Assembly (NCBI RefSeq): GCF_006345805.1
Contig: NC_043000.1
Span: 16,182,001-16,246,000, forward strand
DNA from: Octopus sinensis
Taxonomy: Eukaryota
Reading direction: 5' to 3'
DNA: 64,000 nt
Shown: positions 37,397 to 49,909 of the stretch, piece after piece
How positions within the stretch are numbered: the stretch's first letter is position 1
How the letters are laid out: each line of letters begins with the position of its first letter
The notes under the pieces: generated by a model
What the model was told of the DNA's origin: nothing
The model's database searches: none
The model's input: only the letters and a program-made list of their open reading frames with translations
Program-made: the position numbers and the translations under genes

Positions 37397-37834
37397 TATA
37401 TGATACATTTTTACTATTAGCAATATTTTTCTATTATTTGTTCAGGTTTATGTCAGTTTTTCACACTGGAATGAGTTAAATGAAATTTGCTGAACTAGTT
37501 TTTCTATAGTTTTTCATAGGATGTAAAAATGAGGGAGGCTCAGCGTGATTGCTCAACCAGCAAATTTCTCTTAAACCATAGCCTACTACCTAGAGAAAAT
37601 AAGGGCCACACTGGATAATGCATTTCCACATAGCCCTAAAAAGGCTTTGACCATAGACCTGCTGGAACTAAACAACAGAGAGTAGAATAATATATCCTTT
37701 GTGTAAGGACGATAATACTGTGTTTGTAGTCTAGCATCTTCACTTCGGTTCCTGCATTGAAACATATTCTTTAGGTCTGATGCACTGGCGGCTGTTCTTG
37801 CTTAGTTCCAAGAGAGATTTATGATCAAAGGATG

Positions 37835-38203
37835 TGGAAGCACTCCGTCGGTTCCGGTTGATCCGATCAATGGAACAGCCTGCTCGTGAAATTAACATGT
37901 AAGCGGCTGAGCACTCCACAGACACGTGCACCCTTAATGTAGTTCTCGGGGATATTCAGCGTGACACAGAGAGTGACAAGGCTGGCCCTTTGAAATACAG
38001 GTACAACAGAAACAGGAAGTAAGAGTGAGAGAAAGTTGTGGTGAAAGAGTACAGCAGGGATCACCACAATCCCCTGCCGGAGCCTCGTGGAGCTTTAGGT
38101 GTTTTCGCTCAATAAACACTCACAACGCCCAGTCTGGGAATCGAAACTGCGATCCTACAACCGCGAGTCCGCTGCCCTAACCACTGGGCCATTGCGCCTC
38201 CAC
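37835..38203 (-). mobile_element. tRNA-derived SINE (family C)
   Basis: 11-bp TSD gatcaaaggat (37823-37833, 38204-38214). Confidence 0.9.
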
Positions 38204-38783
38204 GATCAAAGGATAATACATCTAGAACTACATCATTCAATGTGTTCTTTTTAAAGAAAGGTAGGGTATGCTTTGAGGGAGATTGGGCTGCTATGTTAGT
38301 TATCATGCCACTATATACTATTACCACAAGATAGATAGGGCTATTTTGTGATTCAAAAGGATAACTTGCAAAGAATTATTTAGATTAAAGTAATACCACA
38401 TAACAATAATTATGGTACATTAAAAAAAGATTAAAAGGAAAGCTCCTTCTTGAGTCATATAGACCCATGATGATTATAACTAAGAGTAAAACTAACTAGA
38501 TTTTTTTATCTGTAACTTCTGATGCATGTAGTCCTAATGTAATATCTAGCTTAACATCATACTCTGGTCCCTGAGTGCTTTTAGTAACATTCACCATATT
38601 GCAAGCATTAAAACCAGGCACCCTTAGCACCTCACCCCTGGCAGAAGTTCAGGGCAAGCATCAACTATAGCAGTCCCACCACTGTAGAATCCTACATGCC
38701 TCTTCCCCAACTAACTTAAAAAACAGGATAGTAATAATAAAGGCAGTTAAAACTTCAAAAAGGCTACAAGGCTAGTTACTCAC

Positions 38784-38860
38784 CAAGATTCTGGTTTGTT
38801 CTGGAGTTAATTTCTCTCCTTGTTTACAGACTTGATAATCTTTAGTCAAGGTAATAACAC
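38784..38860 (-). CDS. MRTO4: MRTO4 internal exon (77 nt)
   Basis: ttcttgtag|GT ... TTG|gtgagt; (G)[25 protein letters not shown] (compare human [26 protein letters not shown]). Confidence 0.95.
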
Positions 38861-39482
38861 CTACAAGAAAGAAAAAAAAAATTTTAATGTTGATTCTTTA
38901 TAGTGACATAAAGCTATGAATTTCCCAGGAGGAAGGGAAGTCAATTATACCAACTGCAGTACTTTATAACAAAATACTGTCAAACAGTCTACTAAATCAT
39001 AACTGGAGTTGACTGAATTAATCCTTGTACATGCCTACCTATTTTATAAACTTTGGGCAAGATTTGAACACAGAATATAGACAAGAATGAACTCATAATT
39101 TAACTCTTAATATCAACTTACCCCAAACCACTAAATTGTGCAACCTCTTTTTCTAATTATGAAATTAGATTTTCAATAGATAAACAGTTGAATATTACAC
39201 CATAAAGACAATATACATTTTCAGAAATATGTTTGCACCTGGCCAAATTAATAAAAACACTGGTGCTGTGCAAAAATACCTGTACCAGTGGCATATCAAA
39301 AGCACCAGGCACACTTAAGTTACTGGCATTAAGACGGGCATGCAGCCTTAGAAACTATGCCACAACAGGAGTCTGGACAGCCCCCAGCTGGTCAGACCCA
39401 TGTCAAATCATCCAACTCATGCCAGCAAGGAAAGCAGACATTAAACAATGATGATGATACTGTGATATAATTGCTGTTTACA

Positions 39483-39870
39483 AGGCAGCGAGCTGGCAGA
39501 ATCGTTAGCACTCCAGGCAAAATGCTTAGCGGTATTTCGTCGGCCGTTACGTTCTGAGTTCAAATTCTGCTGAGGTCGACTTTGCCTTTCATCCTTTCGG
39601 GGTCGATTAAATAAGTACCAGTTATGCACTGGGGTCGATATAATCGACTTAATCCCTTTGTCTGTCCTTGATTGTCCTCTCTGTGTTTAGCCCCTTGTGG
39701 GTAGTAAAGAAATAGGTATTTCATCAGCCGTTACGTTCCGAGTTCAAATTCTGCGGAGTCGATTAAATAAGTACCAGTTATGCACTGGGGTTGATGTAAT
39801 CGACTTAATCCCTTTGTCTGTCCTTATTTGTCCCCTCTATGTTTAGCCCCTTGTGGGCAGTAAAGAAATA
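39483..39870 (+). mobile_element. SINE (family E) with internal tandem duplication of its 3' part
   Basis: GAGCTGGCAGAATCGTTAGC...GAGTTCAAATT...GCCTTTCATCCTTTCGGGGTCGAT...; 39715-39870 repeats the 3' segment. Other copies at ~25480 (-), 41168 and 61491. Confidence 0.8.
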
Positions 39871-40347
39871 AAAATTACTGTTTACACAAAGATTGTAATG
39901 GAATTGATTTTAACCAAAGAAAATTATTTCTCACATAAACTATGTAAACGATTAGCACCTCACAATTTTTACTATCATCAGTCCTTCACAAGACAAACAT
40001 TATCTTGCAATACAAAAGTAACAGATTTTCAAAATCAAAGCAAACTTCCTTCCCAAGAAGATTAACCCTTTAGCATTCAGATGTTCCCGTCAAATGTCAT
40101 GCTCTTTTACTCATATTGTTTAGAATTAATCATGCACTATCTTGTAGCTTGGAGATTTCAATGATATGTTTATTTTTAGAATGACATTGTAGGGTATGTT
40201 TGAGAGGCAAGATCTGGCCAGTTTAAACAACAAAGTGTTAAGATACCTCAACAGTTTCATGGTAGATCATCAGTAAACAAGCCTAGTTAAATATGAAAAG
40301 CTAATAAACTGAAATGAATGGAATTAATATATATATATATAACTAAC

Positions 40348-40499
40348 CTCTATTAAGGCTAGTTGGAAGTCCAAGTTGTCTCAACTGTGGTTCCATGGAA
40401 TGAGAAAAATTTGCCAAAGGCCCTGCATCTATGTCAACATCTTGTGTGGCAACGTTTCCAGATCGAGCAAAATCAGGAGCATAAAATTCATTAAAGTAT
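40348..40499 (-). CDS. MRTO4: MRTO4 internal exon (152 nt)
   Basis: ttattttgtag|A ... AGA G|gttagt; YFNEFYAPDFARSGNVATQDVDIDAGPLANFSHSMEPQLRQLGLPTSLNR, containing the hallmark Mrt4 HSMEPQLRQLGLPT. Confidence 0.95.
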
Positions 40500-42921
40500 C
40501 TACAAAATAAAAGAAAAGACAGACAAATGTTATACATACAGGAAAGAATCAAACCTGAAACTATGACAACATCAATGACACTGTTTTCTTTCATAGGAAC
40601 AAAACCAGTAATTCTGAGGAGTGAATAGATAGCCATACTTGATTGGCACTCAATTTGTCAACCTTCAACAAATGAAAAGCAGTTAGACTCAGAGGGATCC
40701 AAACTCAAAAAAGAAGGAAATACAAAACTAAATACTGTGAAACAATTTGCATGACACTCCACTGATTCTACCAATCTATTACACTACCATCATCATTTAA
40801 CATCCATTTTCTATGCTAGCATGGGTTGGACGGTTCAACTGGGGTCTGGGTAGCAAGAAGGCTGCACCAGGCTCCAATCTGATCTGGCAGTGTTTCTACA
40901 GCTGGATGCCCTTCCTAACGCCAACCACTCCGTGAGTGTAGTGGGTGCTTTTTACGTGCCACCTGCACAGGTGCCAGACGAGGCTGGCAAATGGCCACAA
41001 TCGGATAGTGCTTTTTACGTGCCACCGGCATGGGGGCCAGTCGGGGCGGCGCTGGCAATGGCCACATTTGGATGGTTCTCTTATCAATCGTGATAATATA
41101 TTATTTATCATAAAGTTATAGACTGAATATCATTGTGATGATATTATTGAATATCATTGAAAGTTGTTGAGCTGGTAGAATCGTTAGCATGCCGGGCAAA
41201 ATGCTTAGCGGTATTTTGTCTGTCTTTACATCCTGAGTTCAAATTTGGCCAAGATCGTCTTTGCCATTCATCCCTTTGGGGTCAATAAAACAAGTACCAG
41301 TTGAACACTGGGGGTCGATATAATCGACTCATCCCCACCTCACCCACGCTGACCTTGTGGAAAAAAATTTGAAATCATTATTGCAAGGGTATAGTGAAAT
41401 GGCTGTATCAGTTTTAATATGTCGCAGTTAGTTTTATGATGATAAAGACATAAAAGGTTATGCCAGCAAACTCAACCTCCCTTTGTCTGCTTTTCATTCC
41501 ATCTCAATTTATAAAACTTTGTTCTCATTTTAAAAGTGAAGCAAAACTTGTCTTTGTCTACCTCATTCCATAAAACACAGAATTGAAAGAAAAAAAAATA
41601 CCCACAAAACTTATAAAACTTAAGTAGCAGTAACCTTGGCTTTAAGATATGGTATCATGGTAAACTACCCTGGTCAAAATTACTCTGATTGCTAAAACAA
41701 CATCATGAAGATTTCCACTTACTAAAAACCTCAACCCAAGCATACTTCAAACAATATTTATTTATAGTAAATATGTAGACTGTTAAACAACCAACTTCTC
41801 CAATATGAAAAACATTGAAAACAACATATTTGATCTGTAGTTGTTTGCTTCAAGCTGTAGCAGAAATCATGCAACCTAGCCTAACCACCCAAGGGAGTTA
41901 ACTCAAAACATATCTATGACAGCATTAAGGAAACAAAAATTTTAACTTGTCAACTTTTCAAGACCATTTCTCATTTTGATAAGAAGGTCTGGCTACTGTG
42001 CAGTCACTCCAACAATTGCCTCATTTTTGTCATATCCTGAGACTTAACTTCACCACTTGCACATCGAAAGCCAACCATTACAACATTTTGTCTCACCAGC
42101 TTTATAATCGATCATACACATCACATGTCCCATATCAGCAATCATTCCTCTTGCACAGTTTTGACTGGTGTACATAATACTCAGTTAATCTCTCAGCTTA
42201 CTTGCTCTCCAGTTTTTGTGAGGATTAACAATGCATAATCATCAGATCATGCACAATCAACTAGCATATACAGTCTGCTTTTCACATAATGAAGTTCTGT
42301 AGCAACTGTGATTGTAAACCCATAACTAAAAGTTTCATGCAACCGGCCTAATCTGTTGAACTAATCAAACTTACCACCAAATGGTATTTACATAAATCAA
42401 CCCGAGAATGGCAGACTAGAAAATAAAATCATCATCATCGTTTAACATCCGCTTTCCATGCTAGCATGGGTTGGACAGTTCGACTGGGATCTGGGAAGCC
42501 AGGCGGCTGCACCAGGCCCAGTCTGATCTGACAGTGTTTCTACAGCTGGATGCCCTTCCTAATGCCATCTACTCCGTAAGTGTAGTGGGTGCTTTTTACA
42601 TGCCACCTGCACAGGGGACAGAAAAGGCTGGCAACAGCCACGATCGGTTGGTGCTTTTTACGTGTCACCGGCACGGAGGCCAGTCGAGGCAGCGCTGGCA
42701 ATGGCCACGTTTGGATGGTTCTTTTATATGCCACCAGCACTGGTATCACAACTACAATTTCCATTGATTTTTGATCGATTTCGATATTAATAACAATGTG
42801 TCTTGATTTAGACACTAGGCCAGCAATTTTGAAATGTGGGGGTTTTGATACCAGTATTATATTTTAGTGATCCTGAAAGGATGAAAGGCAAAGTTTAGCT
42901 TGGTGGGGTTTGAACCCAGAA

Positions 42922-43248
42922 CTGCTATTTGTAGACTATGATTACAGTTATTTCAAGAGGATTTTTTTTTTCCACATCTACGGCTTACACTACAATTGAA
43001 TGAATGTATCACATTCCCAAGATACTGGAAAGCAATCGACTGTCAAAAATGATAAACAAAAACCTTGTAAACCAACTAGAAACACTATCGACTGAGTAAT
43101 TATTACTAATTATATAAGACATTCTAAAATTGCCAAAGCTTTAAAACCAGGACCTACTTGCTAAATTTACAGATGATAGCGACTTCTAAAGAAGAATTTT
43201 AGCCATATATCAATGTTAAAAAAAAAAAATCAAGTTCCTTTACAGACT
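42922..43248 (+). repeat. Dispersed direct duplication, copy 1 (~330 bp)
   Basis: Near-identical to 44258-44588. Confidence 0.9.
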
Positions 43249-44257
43249 GTAGAAACCTGAAATAAAATGGATTTTCTCGACACTTTTTGGAGGTTACTTC
43301 TTATGAAAAATCAAAAATTACTGGTCAAATCTAAAGTAGACCCAACCATTGCAAGTGTAAATTTAGATCACACTCATAATGGATTCGATTAACAGCTATA
43401 CAAGTCAAGATGGTGGAAATAAACATTGGATTAGAGAGGCTTTACACTAAATTTCCAAGTTCAAATATCATTTGAAAGGTACCAATAATACACTAGATAG
43501 ACTAAATCGAACTTTAAACCACTCTAAAAGAACCTTGTGCCAAGGCAGATAAAATTCGTCAAAATGAAAATTTTCAAATGATATTATCGAGAACCACCAA
43601 CAGTTCTAATGTGTTAAAGGATTCAAGTCAGCCCAACTGACTTTCCTTCACGTAACACACCAACTGATAATGGAGGGTTGTCTCCCTTGAGCAATAAGAA
43701 CGTTTAAGAATTCTGAACTCGGATTGTGTAACACATTTAAGTAAAATGTTTTAATTGGAAAATGACACCTAATAATTAATCCAAACTAGGTAAGAATTGA
43801 AATAATAAAATAGTGTAACTTATTAGATACGAAGACATGAAGCGGGGTAAAAAAACGAGAGAACAATATTGAAAAAAAAAAAATTTTTTTTGGAGCCTTA
43901 TGAAAGAAAAGATAAGTGGTTTTTCTGAGAAATAGTCTGTAAGTGGTTCTGAAGGAAAAGGAGTGAAGGTGTGAGGGAAGTTAGAAATAAATGGTAGCTG
44001 ATATTCTTGCTTTCTTTTTGACAAGAAATTTCTATAACCTATAATTTACAGTATTCTTTAAAGGTCTCCCATAGTTTAAATGCAAAGGTCAAGAATTATG
44101 CCATTAAGGAAAAAAATTAAAATTAAATAAATAAAATATCAATAAAAATAGTTGAGAATGGAACGCTAAACAATTCTGTTATATCATCATTTGATGTTAT
44201 TTAACAAGCACAAATGAAAGAAGATGGGGCAGATTATGGTCTAGCTGGCACTTGAAT

Positions 44258-44588
44258 CTGCTGTTTGTAGACTATGATTACAGTTATTTCAAGAGGATTT
44301 TTTTTTTTCCACATCTACGGCTTACACTACAATTGAATGAATGTATCACATTCCCAAGATACTGGAAAGCAATCGACTGTCAAAAATGATAAAAACAAAA
44401 ACCTTGTAAACCAACTAGAAACACTATCGACTGAGTAATTATTACTAATTATATAAGACATTCTAAAATTGCCAAAGCTTTAAAACCAGGACCTACTTGC
44501 TAAATTTACAGATGATAGCGACTTCTAAAGAAGAATTTTAGCCATATATCAATGTTAAAAAAAAAAAAATCAAGTTCCTTTACAGACT
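44258..44588 (+). repeat. Dispersed direct duplication, copy 2
   Basis: Differs from copy 1 by about one substitution and by homopolymer lengths. Confidence 0.9.
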
Positions 44589-44655
44589 TAATCAAGAATT
44601 AAAACCGACTTCCACCACATCTGTAACTGGCTTTCCTAAAGTCATAGATATAGTG

Positions 44656-44920
44656 CAGTGGTTCTGAACCAGAGTCCATACAAAATTTATCTGCAATAAA
44701 TTGGTTATAATTCTACAATACACAGAATACTTCAGCAATTTTTTTTTTTCTAATACAATTCCTAATAATATTCAACTGTAAAAATATAATAGGATTTTTT
44801 AAACATTAAAATGCTGGGGGTTGGGTTGGGTTGGGTGGTCCACCTGAGTAAAATAGGAATCAAAGGAGTCCATAGGTAAAAAAAAAAAAAAAAAAAAAAA
44901 AAAAGGCTTGAGAAACATTG
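44656..44920. mobile_element. hAT (Charlie-like) MITE, degraded
   Basis: Ends cagtggttctga / tgagaaacattg. Confidence 0.5.
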
Positions 44921-47271
44921 ACTGGGTTGCAGTTGTGCAATGAAAAATTAGACATCAAACTTCAAGTTTTGTGAATCATTAAATGACTAAAATGGTTCTT
45001 TTATAATGTAACTGTGTTGTAATTTACATAAAGATGCTGTAAATAGAAATAGTTTTCAAATTACTAGGAGACTCTGCAATTACTGTTTCTGAAGTGCTAT
45101 GCATCGTTAATTCTTTTATTTTCTCATTTATACTCATTTATATCATGCCAGTTCCACCCGACTGGCTCCTCTGCTGGCGACACATAAAAAGCACCATCCG
45201 AATGTGGCTGATGCCCGTACCCTCCCGATTGGTTCTCATACCTGTGGCATGTAATAAGCAGCAACTGAACACGGCCGATGGCAGTACCTCCTGATTGGCC
45301 CCTGTGCCAGTAGCATGTAAAAAAACACTATCAGAACGTGATCGATGCCAGGCCCACCTAACTGGCTCCTGTGCTGGTGGCACATACAATGCACCCACTA
45401 CACTCTCGGAGAGGTTGGTGTTAGGAAGGACATCCAGCTGTAGAAACATTGCCAGATCAGAGTGGATCCTGGTGCAGCCGCTGGCTCTCCAGACCTCAGT
45501 CAAACCGTCCAACCCATGCCAACATAGAAAATGGATGTTAAACGATGATGATGATGATGATACTGAAACACTAATTTTGTTTCAATTAGTTTTCAAAATA
45601 ATGAATTCAATAAAATAACTTGTTATTGTTTGAAACTAATATTAAATTTTGATGGAAAGTTAATTTTAGAACCACTCAAAACTAGAAGCTTGCACCACTG
45701 AACCAGAAGTGGTCTCAGGTGGGTTGGTATCAAGAGGGTTAAGCACCATTCATTGTTTGACTTTATATGAGATACTCTCGAAGAAAGAACCAATGATTTA
45801 TCAGCAACTCCTAGTAAATTCCATTCAATTAGGAAGCTTGGAAATTATTTCTGAGTGCACAATCCTTGATAACACCATTGCAATTTCCAAACACAATTCA
45901 TCACAGAACCTGTTGAGTATGTAAGATATCTTTAGAAAATGAGCCTTAAATTTAACAACAAAAATGTTGTTGCTGACACAATTAGAGCTCAAAGATATCA
46001 AGGTTCATCTTATAGCCAGAATCTCTACTGCCTGTATACAAACCAGATAGTCAAAACAAGACTTCAATCACAAATCAGGACAGTTGTTTTGGAAAAAGTC
46101 ATGAAAGATCTTCAGATATATGTATGTTCTTCAAGTAGAAAATCATGCAACAGGTTCCATCAAAGTGACAACAGAAGTATTTTTGATTCTGAAATGAAGT
46201 TTATGAAAAGAGGTTTTCTCAGTGTCAAAGGTGTCATTTCTACGAGAGTTTTCCATGGAATGTCACACCTAATGTCCCAGCCTTTAATACTTTTTTCTTT
46301 CTTTCAAGTTTTCAGTTAAGAGGGAAAGCAGTGCTAATGCTATGAGAGTGGTAGGAAGTGTGGGGGAAAGGTATACTAAAACGGTAGACCAGGTGGTGGT
46401 GGTGGTGTTCAATTAGGTAATGAATTAAGTGTGTCATCCAATCAGGACACAAAGATCTGGACGAAATATCACAAGGCATTTAATACAATGTTGCGACAAT
46501 TCCATCAATTAACTACAGTGGGTTGTACCTTTCTTCTATTGATCCCAAAAGAACAAAATCAGTGAGATTTGAACTCAAGGTACAGAGTGAGAACAAATAC
46601 TGTACTGTGCTTTATCTGATGCTTTAACAACTTTGCTAAGTTGCTACCAGTTGTTAACAAGTAAGGAAAAAGGGACACACAGTTGTGTGTATCTCAAGTT
46701 GCTGCTTAAAGACTATAACATGAGATCAATGCCTTTAGTTAACTTGAAGAAAAAAAAAAGTGAACAAAAATCTAAGTATAAATATCTATCTTCTGTTGGA
46801 ATACTGGCTTTTGAGGCACATCACAAAGCTGTTAATAGTATATTAATATTCAATTTAAAAAAAAAACCCTTTCAGGAAGAGACAGTCAAAAGATACTTGT
46901 GGGACTTGAACCCAAATCCCCACAGGTAGTCTTCAACTTTTTCCATCCAAAAGAGTTTTCAACCTAATATGTATATGCTATTATTATTAATAACTTCATA
47001 TGAAATGTTTGGAGAGCCAATATTCCAAAAATGAATTATTTCACATTCTCTCAAAAGATTCTTATGATGTCAACAATTATGGTTTTATAAATATATATAT
47101 CATCATCATCATTTAACGTCCGCTTTCCATGCTAGCATGGGTTGGATGATTTGACTGAGGTCTGGCGAACCAGACTCCAATCTGATCTGGTAGAGTTTCT
47201 ACAGCTGGATGCCCTTCCTAACGCCAACAACTCCGAGAGTGTAGTGGTTGGCGTTAGGAAGGACATCCAGC

Positions 47272-47303
<32 letters not shown>

Positions 47304-49853
47304 ATAAATATATAAAATGACCATTTCTCCCCATATAAGGTCTAGCCATACCTTGTATATTCACTCCCCGATCATCAGAGATGAGGGAATCAAAATGTAT
47401 TCGTTATGAGACAAATCTTAAATTTTAGATGTAAACTTTTATTCACCCTAAGAAAATATATTTTTTTCTTCATGATGTAACTGAAGAAAAATAAAAAAAA
47501 ACATGCCTGAAACAGTTGTAAGGAACCTCAACTCATTTGTGTTCTTACTTTATATAGTCAAATATGATGTTATGATCCCTTGTACTCCCTGGCTGCTGTG
47601 CAAACCCTTTTTTCTTGCTATTCCTCTTCTGAGAAATATCCACCTGTTAAAGTAGAACTCTGCGCAGATTGACTTTTAGCAAGGCCAACTGAGGTAGCAT
47701 GTACTGTCTTTTCTAATCTGTCCTAGATTTTTAAACCTGTGATTATGTCATATAATGTCAAGAGTATTTGATCAGAACTGAAGAGTATGGCTCAGAGAAA
47801 AACATCAGCAAACCAGATGACTCAGCCTGTGAAACACAAGCATATGACTTACTAATGTTAACAATAGGAGGTTAGCAGTCAACAATTCTGAAGCTTTTAA
47901 TAAAAGACATCTGCTTAGACACTGCCCAACTTCTGACTTATATAGTACATATCATTGTACTGCATTGGCAATCCAATGCTTAAAAAAATATTGACTACTC
48001 TCAGAGCAGACAGTCATTACATCTTGATTCTTACAAAAGATCCTACAATGTATCAATGGATTATAGGCAATGTTGTTTGTGCAAACAAAGTCGGAGGGCA
48101 CATGCACCTATCTAGCTGACATCACCTTTATATAGTACAACTAAAGAATAACAAAAAACTTATCTCTAAGTTCTTGCAAGTTACTAGTATATTCAATATG
48201 ACATTGAATAATGTAAATTTTCAACAAAATCTAGGTTATCAAATTAACCATATCAAACCAGGTTTTGACCCTTCAAGTTTAACTTCACAAAGAAATGCCT
48301 ACTCACAAATCTTGTATTTTAGATCTGTTTGTTAATTCTTAATGGGTTCCCATCTTCTCTGAAACCTCTAATCAATTCTCATAAGGCCGTTATGACAACT
48401 TAGGCTGGCAATTTAGAACAGGCTGTTACAAAATCCTGCATTATGTTGGATTCCTTAATGCTACTACAGGTGCACTAAGGAAGGATTTTGGTTGTGCTGC
48501 TCCACTGAGTGACTTCTTTGCCACCCTGGTGTTACAAGACATTTTGTTCAGGTACAAAAATCTTCCATACTCAATGGACAGCATTAACCTGATTGTTTCT
48601 TGATGCCACTGCAACCAAGTCTTTCAAAACACCAGCTCTACATGTCCCTTTGACAGCAAGAGCATTAATATTAAGGACCAGTTAAGGAGGTGAGCTGGCA
48701 GAACCACTACCATACCATTAAAATGATTAGCAGCATTTCTTCCGATTTTACTTTCTGAATTCAGAGCCAATAAAATAACCAGTGGAGCACTGGGGTTGAT
48801 GTAATCTGCTGCCTTGTGCCAAAATTTGAGACCAATATTAAAGTCCAGTTAGGTGTCAAGCTTGTTGATTGTTGTGGGGGATATGCTTTTTTTTTTTTTT
48901 TTTACTTGTTTCAGTCATTTGACTGCGGCCATGCTGGAGCACCGCCTTTAGTCAAGCAAATCGACCCCGGGACTTATTCTTTGTAAGCCCAGTACTTATT
49001 CTATCGGTCTCTTTTGCCGAACTGCTAAGTGTCGGGGACGTAAACACACCAGCATCGGTTGTCAAGCAATGTTGGGGGGACAAACACATATATATATACG
49101 ACAGGCTTCTTTCAGTTTCCGTCTACCAAATCCACTCACAAGGCATTGGTCGGCCCGGGGCTATAGCAGAAGACACTTGCCCAAGATGCCACGCAGTGGG
49201 ACTGAACCCGGAACCATGTGGTTGGTTAGCAAGCTACTATTTTCTTTCATTTGTTGCAACATTTCTTCTGCTGTCATTTCTTACCAGTTGTCCATGTAAC
49301 AATCACAGTTTATCCAAGGAAAAAAAAAAAAAATAAAAAAATAAAAATTTGAAAATCAATGGCATCCCCACTCCTATTTCTCAGATACATTAAACTGTAC
49401 CAGGAAATGACTAAGAAATGATTAACCATTTATCATTCAAATTATTGAATAAGCAATGCTTATTTATTCACATCTCTTTGAATTAATCATACTTCATTTT
49501 GTAGTTTTGAGATTTTGATGATGTGACTGTATATATCTAGAATGATGTGTGAGAGGCTGGATCTGGCTAGTTTGAGCCTAAAACAGGTGGGATATTTGGG
49601 CCTGATATGGTTGGTTTAAAAGCTAAAGGATTAAGGAATAATTCTTGCTTAACCACAGCCAACTGATGTACCTAATTGGTTTAGAACAGGAGTGGTATTT
49701 TCATCATCCTCATGTTTTAGTAAACAGATCTGTAAGCCAACCTAAACAGAATAGAATTGCCCCTGTCCAGCAGGTCCTATCCTTAATTTGTTTTTTGTTC
49801 CCCCAAAATCCCAATTCCCTTAAATTATTCAAATTCACTTGTGTGTGAGAGTG

Positions 49854-49909
<56 letters not shown>

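Noticed and set aside
42922-44588. LTR/TRIM retrotransposon
   Set aside because: No clean TG...CA boundaries, PBS, adjacent PPT or TSD.
45700-46330. 126-aa plus-strand ORF region
   Set aside because: No recognisable motif or splice structure; probably decayed TE sequence.
48307-48365. Possible MRTO4 exon 5 (VSEK...LTNRSK)
   Set aside because: In-frame stop, weak acceptor and no GLLF motif.
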